A stretch of 61,843 nt of DNA, the filler included, from Sphacelaria rigidula (lineage: Eukaryota), in NCBI GenBank assembly GCA_964200075.2. It is 8 parts of 8 records of this genome, joined end to end, with 100 filler letters (N's around TTAATTAATTAA, not from the genome) between each part and the next. Parts side by side here need not be neighbours in the genome. Positions count along the whole stretch, not along the records: positions 30,976 to 38,617 come from CAXNAA020013963.1; positions 38,718 to 46,359 come from CAXNAA020013964.1; positions 46,460 to 54,101 come from CAXNAA020013965.1; 5 more parts are not named here. One strand, given 5' to 3'. Position numbers and translations under genes: made by a program. The first letter of the stretch is position 1; each line of letters starts with the position of its first letter. Positions 36,901 through 49,800 of this stretch are shown one piece after another. A model generated the notes under the pieces. It had not been told where the DNA came from, did not search any database, and was given only the letters and a program-made list of their open reading frames with translations.

Positions 36901-38250
36901 TGTTCCAGGGGCTTTTGGGAAATTGGCAAGGTCAGTCCGTTCGTGGCTACACGCGTGGCGTTTGGTCGGCACTGTCGCTTGGGGTTCCTTCCAAACCCGC
37001 TGAGCTATGGAAAGCAAGGGTTTGGCACTGGCGCGCGTAGTGCACGAATAATTACGCTCACCAAATAAAAGGGGACCGGGCACACGCGGAATTTCGCACG
37101 CCTGTGTTACCGGGTTCGACTGGACTCCTGAGTCCTTCTCAGGGCTGGGGAGTCTCTGTAAACGTTTCATCCTACGATGAACGGTCGTAGGGGTAACAGC
37201 TACCGTATCAGGAGATATGCCTGCTTCTAAGGCGGTAGGCGCTACGCTACACGACTGCCGATTCCGCGGGGCAATCGGATCCAACTGGCATTGGTTACTA
37301 CCACTCGGGATTTCAACTGGGTGATCAGATCCAGTATGAAAATACTGGGGTTGGTCATTGCGCATTTTGGAGCCATGCAATGTTGCACGGGACTATGCTG
37401 TCGTGGAACCCGTCATGACAGAACGGTAAACGCCAGCGTACCCGCACCACAAGCGAGAACCCACGCTGGCCGACGAGGATTTTGTTAAGTGGTGATGGTG
37501 CACTGGCTGAGTGAAAGAAAATATATTGCCGCGGTTTGTTGTTGAAGGTTATTGGGGCCCGACTGTGGACCTGTGGTCGACGATGGGGTTTGAAGTAGAA
37601 GTGTTATCAAAATGTAAAGAGGGTGACGGCGAAGTACTACAAGCGGTCACACACGTAGAGATCCCTCGTCGGTGATTTGGAAACGCGGGGTGTCGTGCGT
37701 TTCCCAAACACCGTCAGGTGGTACGTTTGGCATCGGTGTGAGGGTGGTACGGTAGTATTATCACGGATGTTTGGTTCACATACATTGTACAGGGTGGGGT
37801 CGGATGATGTACAGTCAACACCCAGGTTGGGCACAAATATAATGTGCTGCACGGTGAGCATATCTTGAGACAGCAAGAGACGGTCAACATTAGCTACTGA
37901 AGAAGAAAAGGCCGACGGTACATGTGGCGGGGTGGGTGTAGCGCAAGGATGCACGCTGATACAGTGCCGGTGGTGGTAAAAAAAGGTTGGTAGCTGGTAA
38001 TATACGGGGGAAAATGTAACGGGGGCAGGAGAGTCACGGTATAAATTGGACTCTACATGATGAATCGCACCCGCTACAGTGTAGATGGGTATCATTACTG
38101 GGGCGGGTGCCACCGAGAGGCAGCTGGGACGAGCAGGTGATGATGGTGAGGGGGCAAGTGCTATTGCTCGCGTACGTTCGCGTCGCAGCCGGCGCAGGGT
38201 GCGAGCGTCTAGTGTATCAGAGGGCCTTGAACTCATGTCGCCAGGGGTAG
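30976..38250 (-). mobile_element. Decayed chromovirus-like Ty3/Gypsy retrotransposon: PR-RT-RNase H-integrase-chromodomain-Tudor-like
   Basis: PR LPDTGSPQTFI (~36210). RT LPLPRIDEIID, PQGAAGAP, YLNDAVV (34424-35020). RNase H FRLHTDSSQIGFG, YTDHKSL, NASADFLSRLP. Integrase HHCC, VSWDYFGP, GTERVNHTM, NWTGPWKI. Numerous stops and frameshifts. Confidence 0.95.
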
Positions 38251-38729
38251 ATGACAGAGCAACGGCTGCAGACGGCTAGACGGTGAACAAACAAAATAGA
38301 TGCGCATGCAAGGCACACAGTGGTAGTGAAGTATATACGACAGGTCGGCAGTCCGAACACAACGCAACTAAAAATAACAAGTACAGCAGAGGCAATGCGG
38401 GAGCTCCAACTGTGATGTGATAAGGGTGAGGCACATTGAGAAAGGTGTAATGGTGTTCACCGCGATCGATTCCAGGTTTAGACCTCTGTATACGATGTTT
38501 GTTTACTCAGCTCAGCAGCGCGGGCTGACCACAGTCGCTCTCGTGCATTTCACACAAGGAGACAACAAGCAAATACAGACAAGAGTAGCAACGTTTTTCA
38601 CGCAATTGATTGCATCCNNNNNNNNNNNNNNNNNNNNNNNNNNNNNNNNNNNNNNNNNNNNTTAATTAATTAANNNNNNNNNNNNNNNNNNNNNNNNNNN
38701 NNNNNNNNNNNNNNNNNTGCTGTAGCTCT

Positions 38730-39240
38730 AACAAAGCGCCGTGCTTTTGTGCACACGCAGCAAAAGACAGAATGGAAAACGATCAATATTTCGCGGAGTT
38801 ATGGACGATTGAAAGAACTTGTACTTGGCAAACTTGAGCGTATCTTTGATGAAGTGTTCTTTCTCGGTCGTCAGTGCAGTGTGTGGAACACCCCTGCCAG
38901 CTATGCCCACGCTACCACTCATACGCTTCTGAAGTGCACCGACGGAGATGTCAAAGGTCGTAGCTGCAGCACGGAAGCTAGGACGACCGCTGTGTACCGC
39001 TTATACGGCCTGTGCTGCACGTTCTGCTCTCTGCATGCTTAGCAGCCGATCGACCAAAAAGCTGACTTTGGAGGATGACACATACGCGCTTACTCGCAGT
39101 GCTGTAAGACTACGTAATCGGATGCTTGAGACACATACAATAGCTCAAACAAAGCGTCGTGCTCTTGTGCACACGCAGAAAAAACAGAACGGAAGAGGCA
39201 TAATACTTCGCGTAGATATGAACGATTAAAAAAACTTGTG
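38730..39240. repeat. Two diverged ~95-bp direct repeats (38730-38822 and 39148-39240)
   Basis: AACAAAGCGYCGTGCTYTTGTGCACACGCAG...ACAGAAYGGAA...ACGATT.AAA.AACTTGT occurs in both. Confidence 0.75.
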
Positions 39241-39472
39241 TCTTAATTGGCTCTGTATCTTAATTGGTACATTTTCCTCTATTATGGAAAGTGTGAGGGC
39301 ACGCCACGATTAGCATGACGATGGGCTCAGGATATCCCGATTGAACTTGAAAACATAAATGCCGCGACCCGTAATATTGTGTAGCTCCCAACTTTAGGAG
39401 CCCCTGAATGAGGATGGTTCGAGGTTCGAGGCCAAAGGTGCAACCCCTTCCGTAGCATGAGTCGAAATCCAC

Positions 39473-42400
39473 TGGACGCGGCGCAATTACTGCTGGCTCA
39501 AGTTGGATATCACACGGATAGCCGCTGGTCCACGTCATTTGCATTTTGCATCACCCCCAGGCGTTCATATCACAGTTTATCGACAAGTTGAACAGCAGGC
39601 GAACAGCATAAAACGGTCTGCGAAACGGATATGCCATGCTGACACAAGGCGACAAAGCGCGCGATCTCAACCCCATTTACACTATAGGTACATCGTTCAA
39701 CTAATCCAAAATGGGGGTAACTTGTGCCAGCGGTCACTTGTGCACCCATGACTAGATGGGCTAAATCTAGCACCCTTCACCGAGATGGCAGTATCTCGAT
39801 ACGCACAGCAGCTTTGGGAGGCGTGGGCCCTTGTCGCAGATGAAAACATGGGGGTCGGGTGAAGATCATCTACTGCAGATGCAGGATTATCCGAACACTC
39901 AGTTGGAGACCACCACTTGACTTTGAATGACAGCTATTGTAGAAGCTAGTTGTATCTACCTAGTAGGGTTTCGGCGTGGTCAATCTTGTGTATGGCGGGT
40001 ACGTTGGAAAATGACACTTGGGGGTATCAATCGCAGTTTCGTGAGCTGTACTGGGTAGAAGTAAACCAGATTTCGATGAGAACGTAGCTTCAGATACACT
40101 ATATACAGCTTTGTATTACTCGCGGTCTGATCTTACTCCCTGTCCATTTCTTTATTCCGTCGTGATTTCATTTTTTGGTGGGGAACATGACACCCACCGC
40201 GGCATAATCCTGGTTGAGAGGCTGTGTAGTGTGTGTGTGTGTTGGTAAATGACAACGAGTGCTGCGTATACAATTTAAGGCGGAGGTGCTTTGGGTGTAC
40301 CCTGCGGCGAAAACTCACGGTCTTCTGATTGTAAACGGGGCACATGTTCAGAAGTGAGCAGCGGAGGAGTTGTGTCCCCGCCGCCCTTGCCGCTTGCTTC
40401 ACAGGTGTGGAGTAGAGCGTGGCATAGCAGGGTGGAGTAGAGTATATTGTCACGGCAACATACTACGTTGTTGTCAGTACGCTACACTCCAGCACGACAG
40501 AGTACAACAACTACTGTGAAGTAGGACGAGACAGACCGTGCAGGAGACTTACATGAGAGTTTTGCTTCAACTGTGGGAGACATCGAGGTATTTGGAGTTC
40601 AGTCCAAGAGAAGAATGCAGAGTGCAATGAGCGAGGGTGCTGAGGACACGAAGTACGTCAGTAGCAGCAGCAGCAACTGCGTTGAGGGAACTACTGGTAG
40701 GTACAATATCACACCACATTTCGTTTCTGCACCAGCCAGCTCTTACGAGATTAGTGGTCACTTGGTGGGGTGAAGAATTTTCTCGGAAATTTATGACTTC
40801 GAATAACTCTTACCCTTACCCTCACCCCAACGAACGCATACCGAGGACCCTCGGGCAAGGTGAGCACAAAGTGTTCCCAAGGCAAATTGTGCGTTGCCAG
40901 ACATAATCGGAGCGGGCGGCATCGGTTTAGACAAACACGCGTCTGCGCACGCTTTTGTAGGAGCACAGCCCCCACAAAGTTTAGGATTTCAGTGTCCACC
41001 CTAAAACAAAGTCGGGAAATTTCACCCTACAAAGTATTGACTGCTACTGTAACTGGCTCTAATCAGGCCAATTCTCAGACCGACTTCAATGGGAGCCGTT
41101 CAACGTTCCAGTTTGGAACTGCCTTTTTGGCCCTTCTCCGTCGATATGCACGCCTAGAAAGAGGGCTAGGCGGATATTGACGCCTTGGAATGACTTGCTC
41201 TATTCATTGAGACCGTTCCAGGACAACGTTGAATTTCCCGCCGGCTTCACTTTTCTGTTGAACCACACATGGATTTTCAATGGAAAACGGTCAAGCGATA
41301 AAAAAACAGGGGGGTGTAAATGCCACCATAGATTAACAGGTAGAGTGACGTCAGATGGCCGTCCAGAACCGTTGTTCTGGCCGGGGTTACACAGATAGAG
41401 TCAGAACCGTTCCTATAATTCCTCGGAGGAATACCCTGGAAGGAACATTCCTCGGATGAACGCGGGGCATCTTTGCTACGCAAATTCAGCCCAGCTGGCT
41501 CGCCCACACACGACACAACCCGGTGTGTACTCCGCACCAAACTGCCGAAGAAGAGACCAACGTCTTGTAGAACCTATCAAGGGGCTTGTCCCGTCCATAG
41601 TGGCGTCGAGCGTCGACTGATCAAGACGCAAGCGTTGGTGATCGTGGAGTGCGGCCTGCAATTGCTTGGCCGCCTCATGAAAAGAAAGAAAAACCGTAAG
41701 CCATCCCCGGAGGCCGAGGCGGCGACTGTTGCAGCAATCGCCGACAATGACGATCAAGTAGACTTCGAACCGGGGTCCGACTCTGCTTCTGAGGGAGGCA
41801 TAGGGGGGAGATTTTGATCATTTGACCGTTTTTTTACTGAAAATCCGTGTTCGACCTGGTTTGGCCAATAACAAAGCTGCGGCCAGCGGGAAAAGCAAAG
41901 TTGCCCCAGAACGGTCTCAACGAGTGGGGAAAGTCATTCCAAGGTGTCAACATCCGTCCAACACTCTTTTCGGGTGTAAATCGACGGGGAAGGGCCCAAA
42001 AGACAGTTTTCGACAGGAATTTTGAACAGATCCCATTAGACTCGGTCTTGCCTAAGACGGACTCTAATAGGATCTGATCAGATATTATTTTTCAATTTTT
42101 TTCAACAGGTCACAAAAGCGACCAATATGGAACAAGATCGTCAAGGTTTCGACGCCCAAAATTCGAACGGACCCAAAAAATTGCAAGATTTTGGCAAGCG
42201 CTCAGAATTGGGAGGCGATTCTAAACGCTTGAGGACCTGTTTAAAATTTGGCACAAGAAGTATAATGAGACATGTAATGTTTTGTTGTACAACAGCACAC
42301 GCAGACGGCCAATGTAACGCCGGAGGTTAGTGTAACGTTTCCCACCACCACCCCCAAAATGAAGACGCGACGGGATCTAAGAAGTGTACAGAAGGTTATA

Positions 42401-42948
42401 TAGCAACAAAAGCGATACACAACTATAGTATATGTCCAAAGCTACCTTCTGATCGCAGTCTGGCTCAATTCCATCCAGTACAGCTCACAAACCAGCGATG
42501 GATACCCCTAAAAAAAGTACTGCTTTTTTGTACAAGCGAGAACGTCATTTTCCAACATGTCCGTCCTTCGCCCGACACAAGATTACTCACTACTGACGAA
42601 CGCCACGAAGCCGAAACTCTACAGGCAGGTACTACTAGACACTAGCCGTCGTTCAAGCCCTGGTAGACTTTAATTGAGTGTCGAAACAGTGCAATATCTG
42701 CAGTAGATGATGTTCACTTCACCCCAACTTTCATTTTTTAGACAGGGGTATTGGCCGCCAAAAAGTGGAGGACTGGTAGGTACGCGTTTTATCTACACAG
42801 AGCAATTCGATTTGTGCCGATAGCTGCCGTGTGTGTCGAGATATTGCCATCTCGGTGACGGGTGTTATAACATGTGAGGTGCGGCGTGAAAACCCATCGG
42901 GTCACATGTGATATCCACATTGAGCAGGTAGTAATTGCGCCGCGTCCA
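39473..42948. repeat. Long diverged inverted repeat with arms at ~39473-40110 and ~42430-42948
   Basis: Collinear reverse-complement matches TGGACGCGGCGCAATTACT, TCACCGAGATGGCA.TATCTCGA, ATCATCTACTGCAGAT, GTTGGAAAATGAC and GTGAGCTGTACTGG. Confidence 0.8.
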
Positions 42949-43243
42949 TTTGGTTTATAGCGTGGGGAATATCTTCTCCCGCAAGCATACATGCAACAAT
43001 TAAGATTGCCCGCCAGTGGGAAAGACGTTCCAGACATGTGCTTGTCATTGTCGCTGGGGCGGTGCATGAAGCGTGCTTACGGGATCGCCGCGCGCCCATT
43101 TGGTTTATAGCGTGGGGAATATCTTCTCCCGCAAGTATACATGCAACAATTAAGATTGCCCGCCAGTGGGAAAGACGTTCCAGACATGTGCTTGTCATTG
43201 TCGCTGGGGCGGCGCATGAAGCGTGCTTACGGGATCGCCGCGC
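42941..43243. repeat. Near-perfect 150-bp tandem duplication
   Basis: CCATTTGGTTTATAGCGTGGGG...GCTTACGGGATCGCCGCGC starts at 42946 and 43096, with only a few substitutions. Confidence 0.95.
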
Positions 43244-44654
43244 AAGGTGTGAACGCGCACTTGATTGATTGATTGATTATCTCGCATTAGCTGGTTGTAA
43301 CAATCCAGCCCGTGGTCAGGAGCAGCAAAAATAGAACAGAATAATGAAAAAGGAAGAAGGAAAGGAACCGAAAAAGACAGAAGTAACGGCCTCAGAAAGG
43401 AAAGAAAGGCGGCAGCAATAACAACGAAAAAACACCACCACCACCACCACCAAGCAACAAGAACAACAACAAAATAACGACAAACACATACACCAACACA
43501 TACACAAGCACGAGTAACACAAAAAGATGATGATCGCGCGTTAGGTAGCTGACTGCAACACTCCAGCTCGTGATCAGAGGAAAAAAAGGAGAAAAATGAA
43601 AAAAAATGAAAGAGAAGAAATACTCACCGTCTGCCGTTTCCTTGTGTCGTCAGTGATACTGTAAGCTGTCGGAAACAAAAGAGAGATACCACAGAAACTG
43701 CTTCAGGGTTTGCTTCAAAGCACACGTAGTCACATCGATTGTGCGGTGTGATGGGGACCGAAGTTTGGTGGGCAATATATGAAGGGTTAGGGGCGGAAAA
43801 CATCATCTGATGTTCCTCCAGCGTGCAGTACTTGGAACCACTGTTCTGCGACATGAGAATGGATTACGTGTTCCATCTTTATCACGTACCCGCCCCCCCC
43901 CCACCATGACCACAGAACATATACACATCGGACCCCAGAAATTCGGTCATCAGATTTCAATCTTGTATGGCTTGCAGACATTGGCGATAGCTATCGGTTA
44001 GTGAAGGAATGCAGGCATATTTTAAAAAAATGGTCCACACATATGAAAGTTGTAATAAACCGACTCATCATCGTCAATGAAAACCGTTGTCCTCTATTTT
44101 CACGATCGGTTGTTGTCACGCCAAATATTCGTGGCGGTTCGCCCGCTGTGCGGAGCGCTATGAACGCCGCCTCACGACTGGAGTCCACGTGCGTGTGGTG
44201 GTCGTGTCGCACAGTATTCCATAAGGTTCTCTGCAGCACCACATCTTGATCATCATTTTCGCTTCATTAGTCGTTCGCTCCACTAGTATCACGAATTATC
44301 TTGAGATACAACCGGCGATTCGTCCAAGGGTGTCGCCGGACGATCCGCCGTAGACGTCTGTCTACAAGGGCGCACTGCATCAGGCACTCTACAACGTCCC
44401 CATCAACCCTACGCACGGGTTATAACTTCCGTCTGCAGAAGATAACTCCCACGGTTACTTATATACCTACGCAACTCATCTGCAAGAAACATGTCTACGA
44501 CTTTCGCTACAGGTGCAATCAAACGCGAATTCGTCGTCGTGGTCCTTGCCCGCTTCCGATGCCGAATCCTCTTCCTCTGAGTCGCTACACTCGGAGTCCG
44601 AATCTCCAAGCCAGATCCCGGATGAATGCTTCGATCCGCCCTCTGGCGGACCAT

Positions 44655-46359
44655 CTAGACCGCCGTCGCAACAACTGCGACTGGTAGGATCTGGTCCCGG
44701 ATCCGATTCCCTCCCGCTACCCTCGCCATCCTTTCGCCATCTCGTCGGCAGCACTCCTCACCACGACTACTATCAACACCTGCCCCCGGGGCCTTCCTCG
44801 CTCCATTCGCCTGCACCCCGCCACGCAACGCCGCTGACCCGCCCCTTCCACGGTTCGCCGTGGATCCGCCCCTCCCCTTACGACGTTGGCGGGACGTATC
44901 AACATACCCTCCGGCGGAATCACCTGTAGCAGTAGCGTCGGTCGCTGGGTCAGGGGGTGGCGGCAAAAAGCAGCGGCCCTGGCAACCGCAGCTCAGCATA
45001 CAATTCCCCAAACATCTGCAATCTCGGCACCGGTGACGTCTTTGCGCCGCCCTTGCCGGCTTGCACGCGCATCTCAGGTTTGGCACAATCCCGGATGTAT
45101 CGACATACGTGTGGCTTGACAAGCATACAACTATGTTGTTCCGTGTAAGCTCCACTGCCCCTCTGCTCGCCTTTACTCCACCCTTGTGGTGAGTCTTTTT
45201 TACTGGTTCAACGCCCCATCCGCGCCCGTTGAAGTTCACTGTGGGCATGCTCATCCCAAAGCCCCCCTCTCAGTTTTCCAATACTGCGTCGGCCTTATCC
45301 ACGTGCTTCTGGCAGGCGTCCAAGTCCGGGCAGCACAGGGAAGGCATGTGCCCATGTACTGTGGTGATGCACAGACAAATCTTGTTCACGAAAGACTCCA
45401 GATTCTGCCCTGTCGTGGTGAACAGATGTCCAGGATCCGCGTCGGCTTGCGCAAATGCGTTTTTGTACCTGAAGAAAACAATCGTGGCCAGTAGCTTGAC
45501 CCCCTCGTCCACCTCCACCCTCGCCTTACCCTCGTTGATCATCACTATCGCTTTCGTGAACAGATTCGGCGTTCTCAGTGTCTTCAGAACGAATTCCCAC
45601 ATCTTGGGGAGGGGAATCCCGGATACACGCGGCACGAAGTCGCAGCCAGCCAATAGATAGGTGAAAGCGAACAGCGCCACCTTTACAGGATGCGTCAGCC
45701 AATCATACAGTCCGTCGGGAGGCCACGCACTTTCGCTCCCGTCCTTAGAGTCACGATGGCGTTGTGCACCCTGTTCACCAGTATGTACCGAGGGCCTGCG
45801 TTCACAATGCGTCTGACAGTTACCTGCACCGCGTTGGAGCCTTGTGGCTCGATATGCCCGCAGGATATGGCCAACAGGACATGTATCGACTGATCAGTAT
45901 CAGTGGAAGTTACGAGCCATTTCTTTAAATGCTCCTGAAATAACGTCCCGGAGTGAATGATGAAGTGCACTGCGGACATCTCCCCCTCACCTATGCCGGG
46001 TCCAACTGCGCTATGGGTGCTCTGGTCAGGCCCCTTGCCATCACGCCACCACAACAGATAGGGTTGCAAGTCACCAATTGAACGGTGCCCCCGCCCGCAC
46101 GTGGTGAATATGGTTCTGCTGCCGCCGCTGTGTCCACGCTCCCGCTCTCTGATGACGCCGCGAGAGACGAAGGTGGAGTCGTCCGGACCCCCCTGTCGGC
46201 GCCGACACCAGCGCGTGGCGCCCTCCTCGGCGCCGCCGCCGCCTCACCTGTTCCCCTACCTGTCACCACCTCAAGATATGTCCGCGGGGGCGCCCTTACC
46301 AGATCGCTGTGATCAACACCTCCGCCGGCCGCAGCTGCCGCCACCCGCGGCACCGTGGT
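44655..46359 (-). pseudogene. XPG/FEN-like (PIN-fold) nuclease with a C-terminal Cys-rich (CXC-like) domain; probable 3' part of an Academ-like DNA transposon protein
   Basis: Motifs in order: GIGEGEMSA (~45985), LVTSTDTD (~45900), LLAGCDFVPRVSGIP (~45640), CCPDLDACQKHVDKADAVLEN[W>*], RGWG, and a 9-Cys cluster CAC...C..C.C...C...C.C...C (~44970-45071). One frameshift near 45745 and one TGA at 45270-45272. Confidence 0.65.
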
Positions 46360-46829
46360 NNNNNNNNNNNNNNNNNNNNNNNNNNNNNNNNNNNNNNNNN
46401 NNNTTAATTAATTAANNNNNNNNNNNNNNNNNNNNNNNNNNNNNNNNNNNNNNNNNNNNGAACTCGCAACACCTGTGAAAGCGTTAGAGCTTGATTTATT
46501 TTATCTGCATCCACAAAATCGAAACGGTTCGGAAAACGACTGGGAAGGTGGCCGCTTCGGGTCCTCTTAAACACCCGAGGCATCCATGGAACAGCAATAC
46601 GAAACTCTTCCGGGATCAGCATCAAGCAGGGCGTGAAAAACGGAACAAAATTCGACAAGTCACCGTTCGTATGAGAAAACAATGCACGTGGAACACTTTG
46701 CAGCTTGGAAAAGACAGATTTTGATCGAAAGAAACTTCTCGGGGGCCCCATGTGTGTTGTGTTCGCCTGTAAAAGTCTTCCCTCGTTCATCGATGCCTGT
46801 CTAGGGGAAAGGGAAGACGCCCTCCTTCA

Positions 46830-49800
46830 CTAACGGGTTTTCCATCCGGTGATGATGACGATGGTCCGACTGTCAGGATCTTGAATGGTCCTGTCCAATG
46901 GAGGGACAATTTTGTCTTCAAAATTGTTTCGTTGGCTGCCTTGCTGGTACCTTGGCGGATGGTCGACAAGCTGTTGTAGATCCAAACTCAATCACCAACT
47001 TTCCAGTTAGGGCGTTTGTGCATGAAGTTGTAGAGAGCAGTGTTAGATCTCTCTAGGCGCGAGGCATTGATAGCGTGTTGTTCGCGCACGAGGGTGAACG
47101 CTTTGCGTTGTCGTGCATGTGCGAGCTCGTTGTAGGATACCTGATCCTGATCCAATCCTTGGTGGCCGTCGAACGTGTGTCGCTCGAACACGGTGATAGG
47201 CAGCCGAGGGTAGCGTCCAAGATGGAGTTCGTTCGGAGAAAGGCCTGTAGCGGCATTAACCGAGTTGTTGTAGGACAACATGATGTGCGAGAGAAGTAGG
47301 TCCCGGTCATTTTGGTGGTCATTGACAACCATAGAGAGCATCTGGGCCATGGTGTGATTAACTCATTCGGTACCACCGTTACCGTTCGGGTGGTAGGCGC
47401 TCGTGACAATTTTTCGTATGCCTAGGAGCTTGTTAAGCTCATCAGAGAGATCTGAACAAAATTGCTGACTATTGTCTGAAAGTAATCGCTTTGGGCAACC
47501 GTAGTGCTTAATATAATCATGGATCAGTATGTCAGCCGTTCCGGCGGCAGTGAAATCTGCGGCGGTTACCGCGTACACGGACGCGTGGCGGCTAAAGCGG
47601 TCAGTGAAGAGTAAGATGTAGGTGTTGCCGCAACCTGTGTTAGGTAGAGGGCCGAAGTAGTCGAAAGACACAAGGTGGCCAGGCTCGTCGGGGAGTCCCA
47701 CAGAGATCACGGGCCAGCGTACTGTCTGTCGTGAAGTTTTTCGGGCTTGGCATTTAAAGCATCGCCGAATTTAAAAGCGGGTTAAAATTTCCATGCCAAC
47801 CCCCCAGTAGAAGCGTTCCAAGAGCGCGAGGGTGCGGGTGACGCCAAGGTGGCATGATAAGTCTGTGTGACAGCCTTTCATGACCCAGGGACGTATTAAC
47901 AATGGCACGTATATGCGCGTTGGTTCGTCATTGAGTGGTCGTGCGGTGCGTCCCGTAGTTGAGGCGGCAATTGCGCCTGTCAAGGGCGTGGACCGACATA
48001 CGAGTAGTTGCACGCCTTCATCCGTAGTAAAAAGGGTACCTTTACGCACGAGCTCGTATACGTCAGAAATAACTGGTGGTGGCGGTGTTCCAATCGGGGC
48101 CAGAAGTGTGGACGGAAAAAGGATTGGACAGTCAAGTTGTAAGTACCGGATGGCTGCGCGACATAGCGGTTCTGCGTTTTGTTCACGAGCCCAATCGCGG
48201 TGAGAGTAGCTGGCGAGAAACTCGCGTAGTTGACCTTCGGCTGGCGAGCAGACCAAACATGGTAGGGCAGGCGGCGGGGGAATAGGCGACGGGGCAGAAA
48301 TGCCGACGTCAATTTCTGTTTCGGGAGCTGGAGACGAGTCGTCAGATCCGTGCTCGGGGGCAGGAGATGTTTGCGGCGCCATTATAGGCGGCGGGGTTGC
48401 ATCAGTGCGCGGCGAAGATTGTTCGCGGCGCGTAGCGCACGGTGCAGAAGTTTTTGCGGAGCTTTGCGTGTTGGTCCGTGGAACTTGTGCTAGGTGGCTC
48501 ATAGGGGTTACAGGTGTTGTTGGTGGCGGCGGAGCACTCGGTGTGGTGCGGGCGGCAGACCGGGAGCGCGTGTTGTCTGAGATAAGGTGGATGACGGGAG
48601 GTGTCTCCGCGAAGAGTTTCGCGCGAGTACCGAAAGTGCGAAAATTGACAAAATCGGAGGTAGTAGGCTTTGACCTACCCAAGACGGCGTCATATGATAG
48701 AGGGCGAGGTCCTGCCATATGCATGCCGATTTCCGGGCACTGGAGGTCGAGGGCGTAAACGGGCGTTGAAAAACATCTGATCGCGTAAATCCGGGTTCAT
48801 CGGGTTCCGTTAAACGGCAAGCTGGGCTGAAATCTGCGGCCGTAGGCGGCAGAGGTAGGCGGGAAAGAAGATCCGCGTTCCCGTTGGATTTGCCTGGACG
48901 GTGCTTATTGGTAACCTGGTATGCTGTTAGAAACTCCAACCATCGTTGTACACAAGGGTTGTGTTCACCAGCCTTGGCGAGTTGTTCAAGTGCTCCGTGA
49001 TTCGTATATATATCGAAGGGCACGTGAAACAGATATTGTCGAAGGCGCTTAATGGCCCAAGTGATTACTCCGCCTTCCAGTTCTAGCGGGCTCCAATTGG
49101 CCTCGTTGGGCAGGGTAGCGCGGCTGCTATAAAGGATGGGTCGGACAGAGCCATCAACCTGAGGTTGATTCAAAACTCCTCCAAAACCATTTGTGCTGGC
49201 GTCAGTATGGAGTTGGAAAAGGCGGGAGCCATCTTGTACTGCCTCCCAATCAGGAAAGCAAAGTACGGGCTTTTCGGTAAGCGTCTTGAGTAATTCGCGG
49301 GTGATATTCTCCATTTCTGTGGTGAAAGAAAACACGGCTCCTTTCTTGAGTAGCTCAGTAAGGGGGCGAATCCGTTTAGATAAATTCGGCAAAACATTGC
49401 GGTAGTAGGATAGCCCACCCAACAATGAGCAAAGTTGAGAAATGTTAGTTGGGATCGGCAAATCAGTCATCGCCTTGACTTTGTTTGTATCCGGATGCAG
49501 GCCCGCTGGCGAAATCGAATGCCCCAAGAAATCCAAGTCAGTCGCGTCAAGGCGAGCTTTAGATGGAGACAGTTTCAAATCGTGCGTACGTAGGCGAGAG
49601 AGAAATTCTCGTAGAGTGCGTACATGTGCAATATGTGAGGCATCGAAAGCGATAGCGTCATCCAAGTACATGATGATGTGCTCGAGGCCCTCGGTGACGC
49701 GTTGCATTAAGCGTTGAAAGCATCCCGGGGCAGTGGCGGCGCCTTGTGGCATGCGAAGCCACTCATAGAGTCCGGACGAGGTGTAAAAAGCCGTCCGTGG

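Noticed and set aside
46460..46800. Continuation of the contig 7 integrase into a chromodomain
   Set aside because: Similarity to the contig 5 element stops at ~46830, and the remaining sequence is unrelated and unidentifiable.
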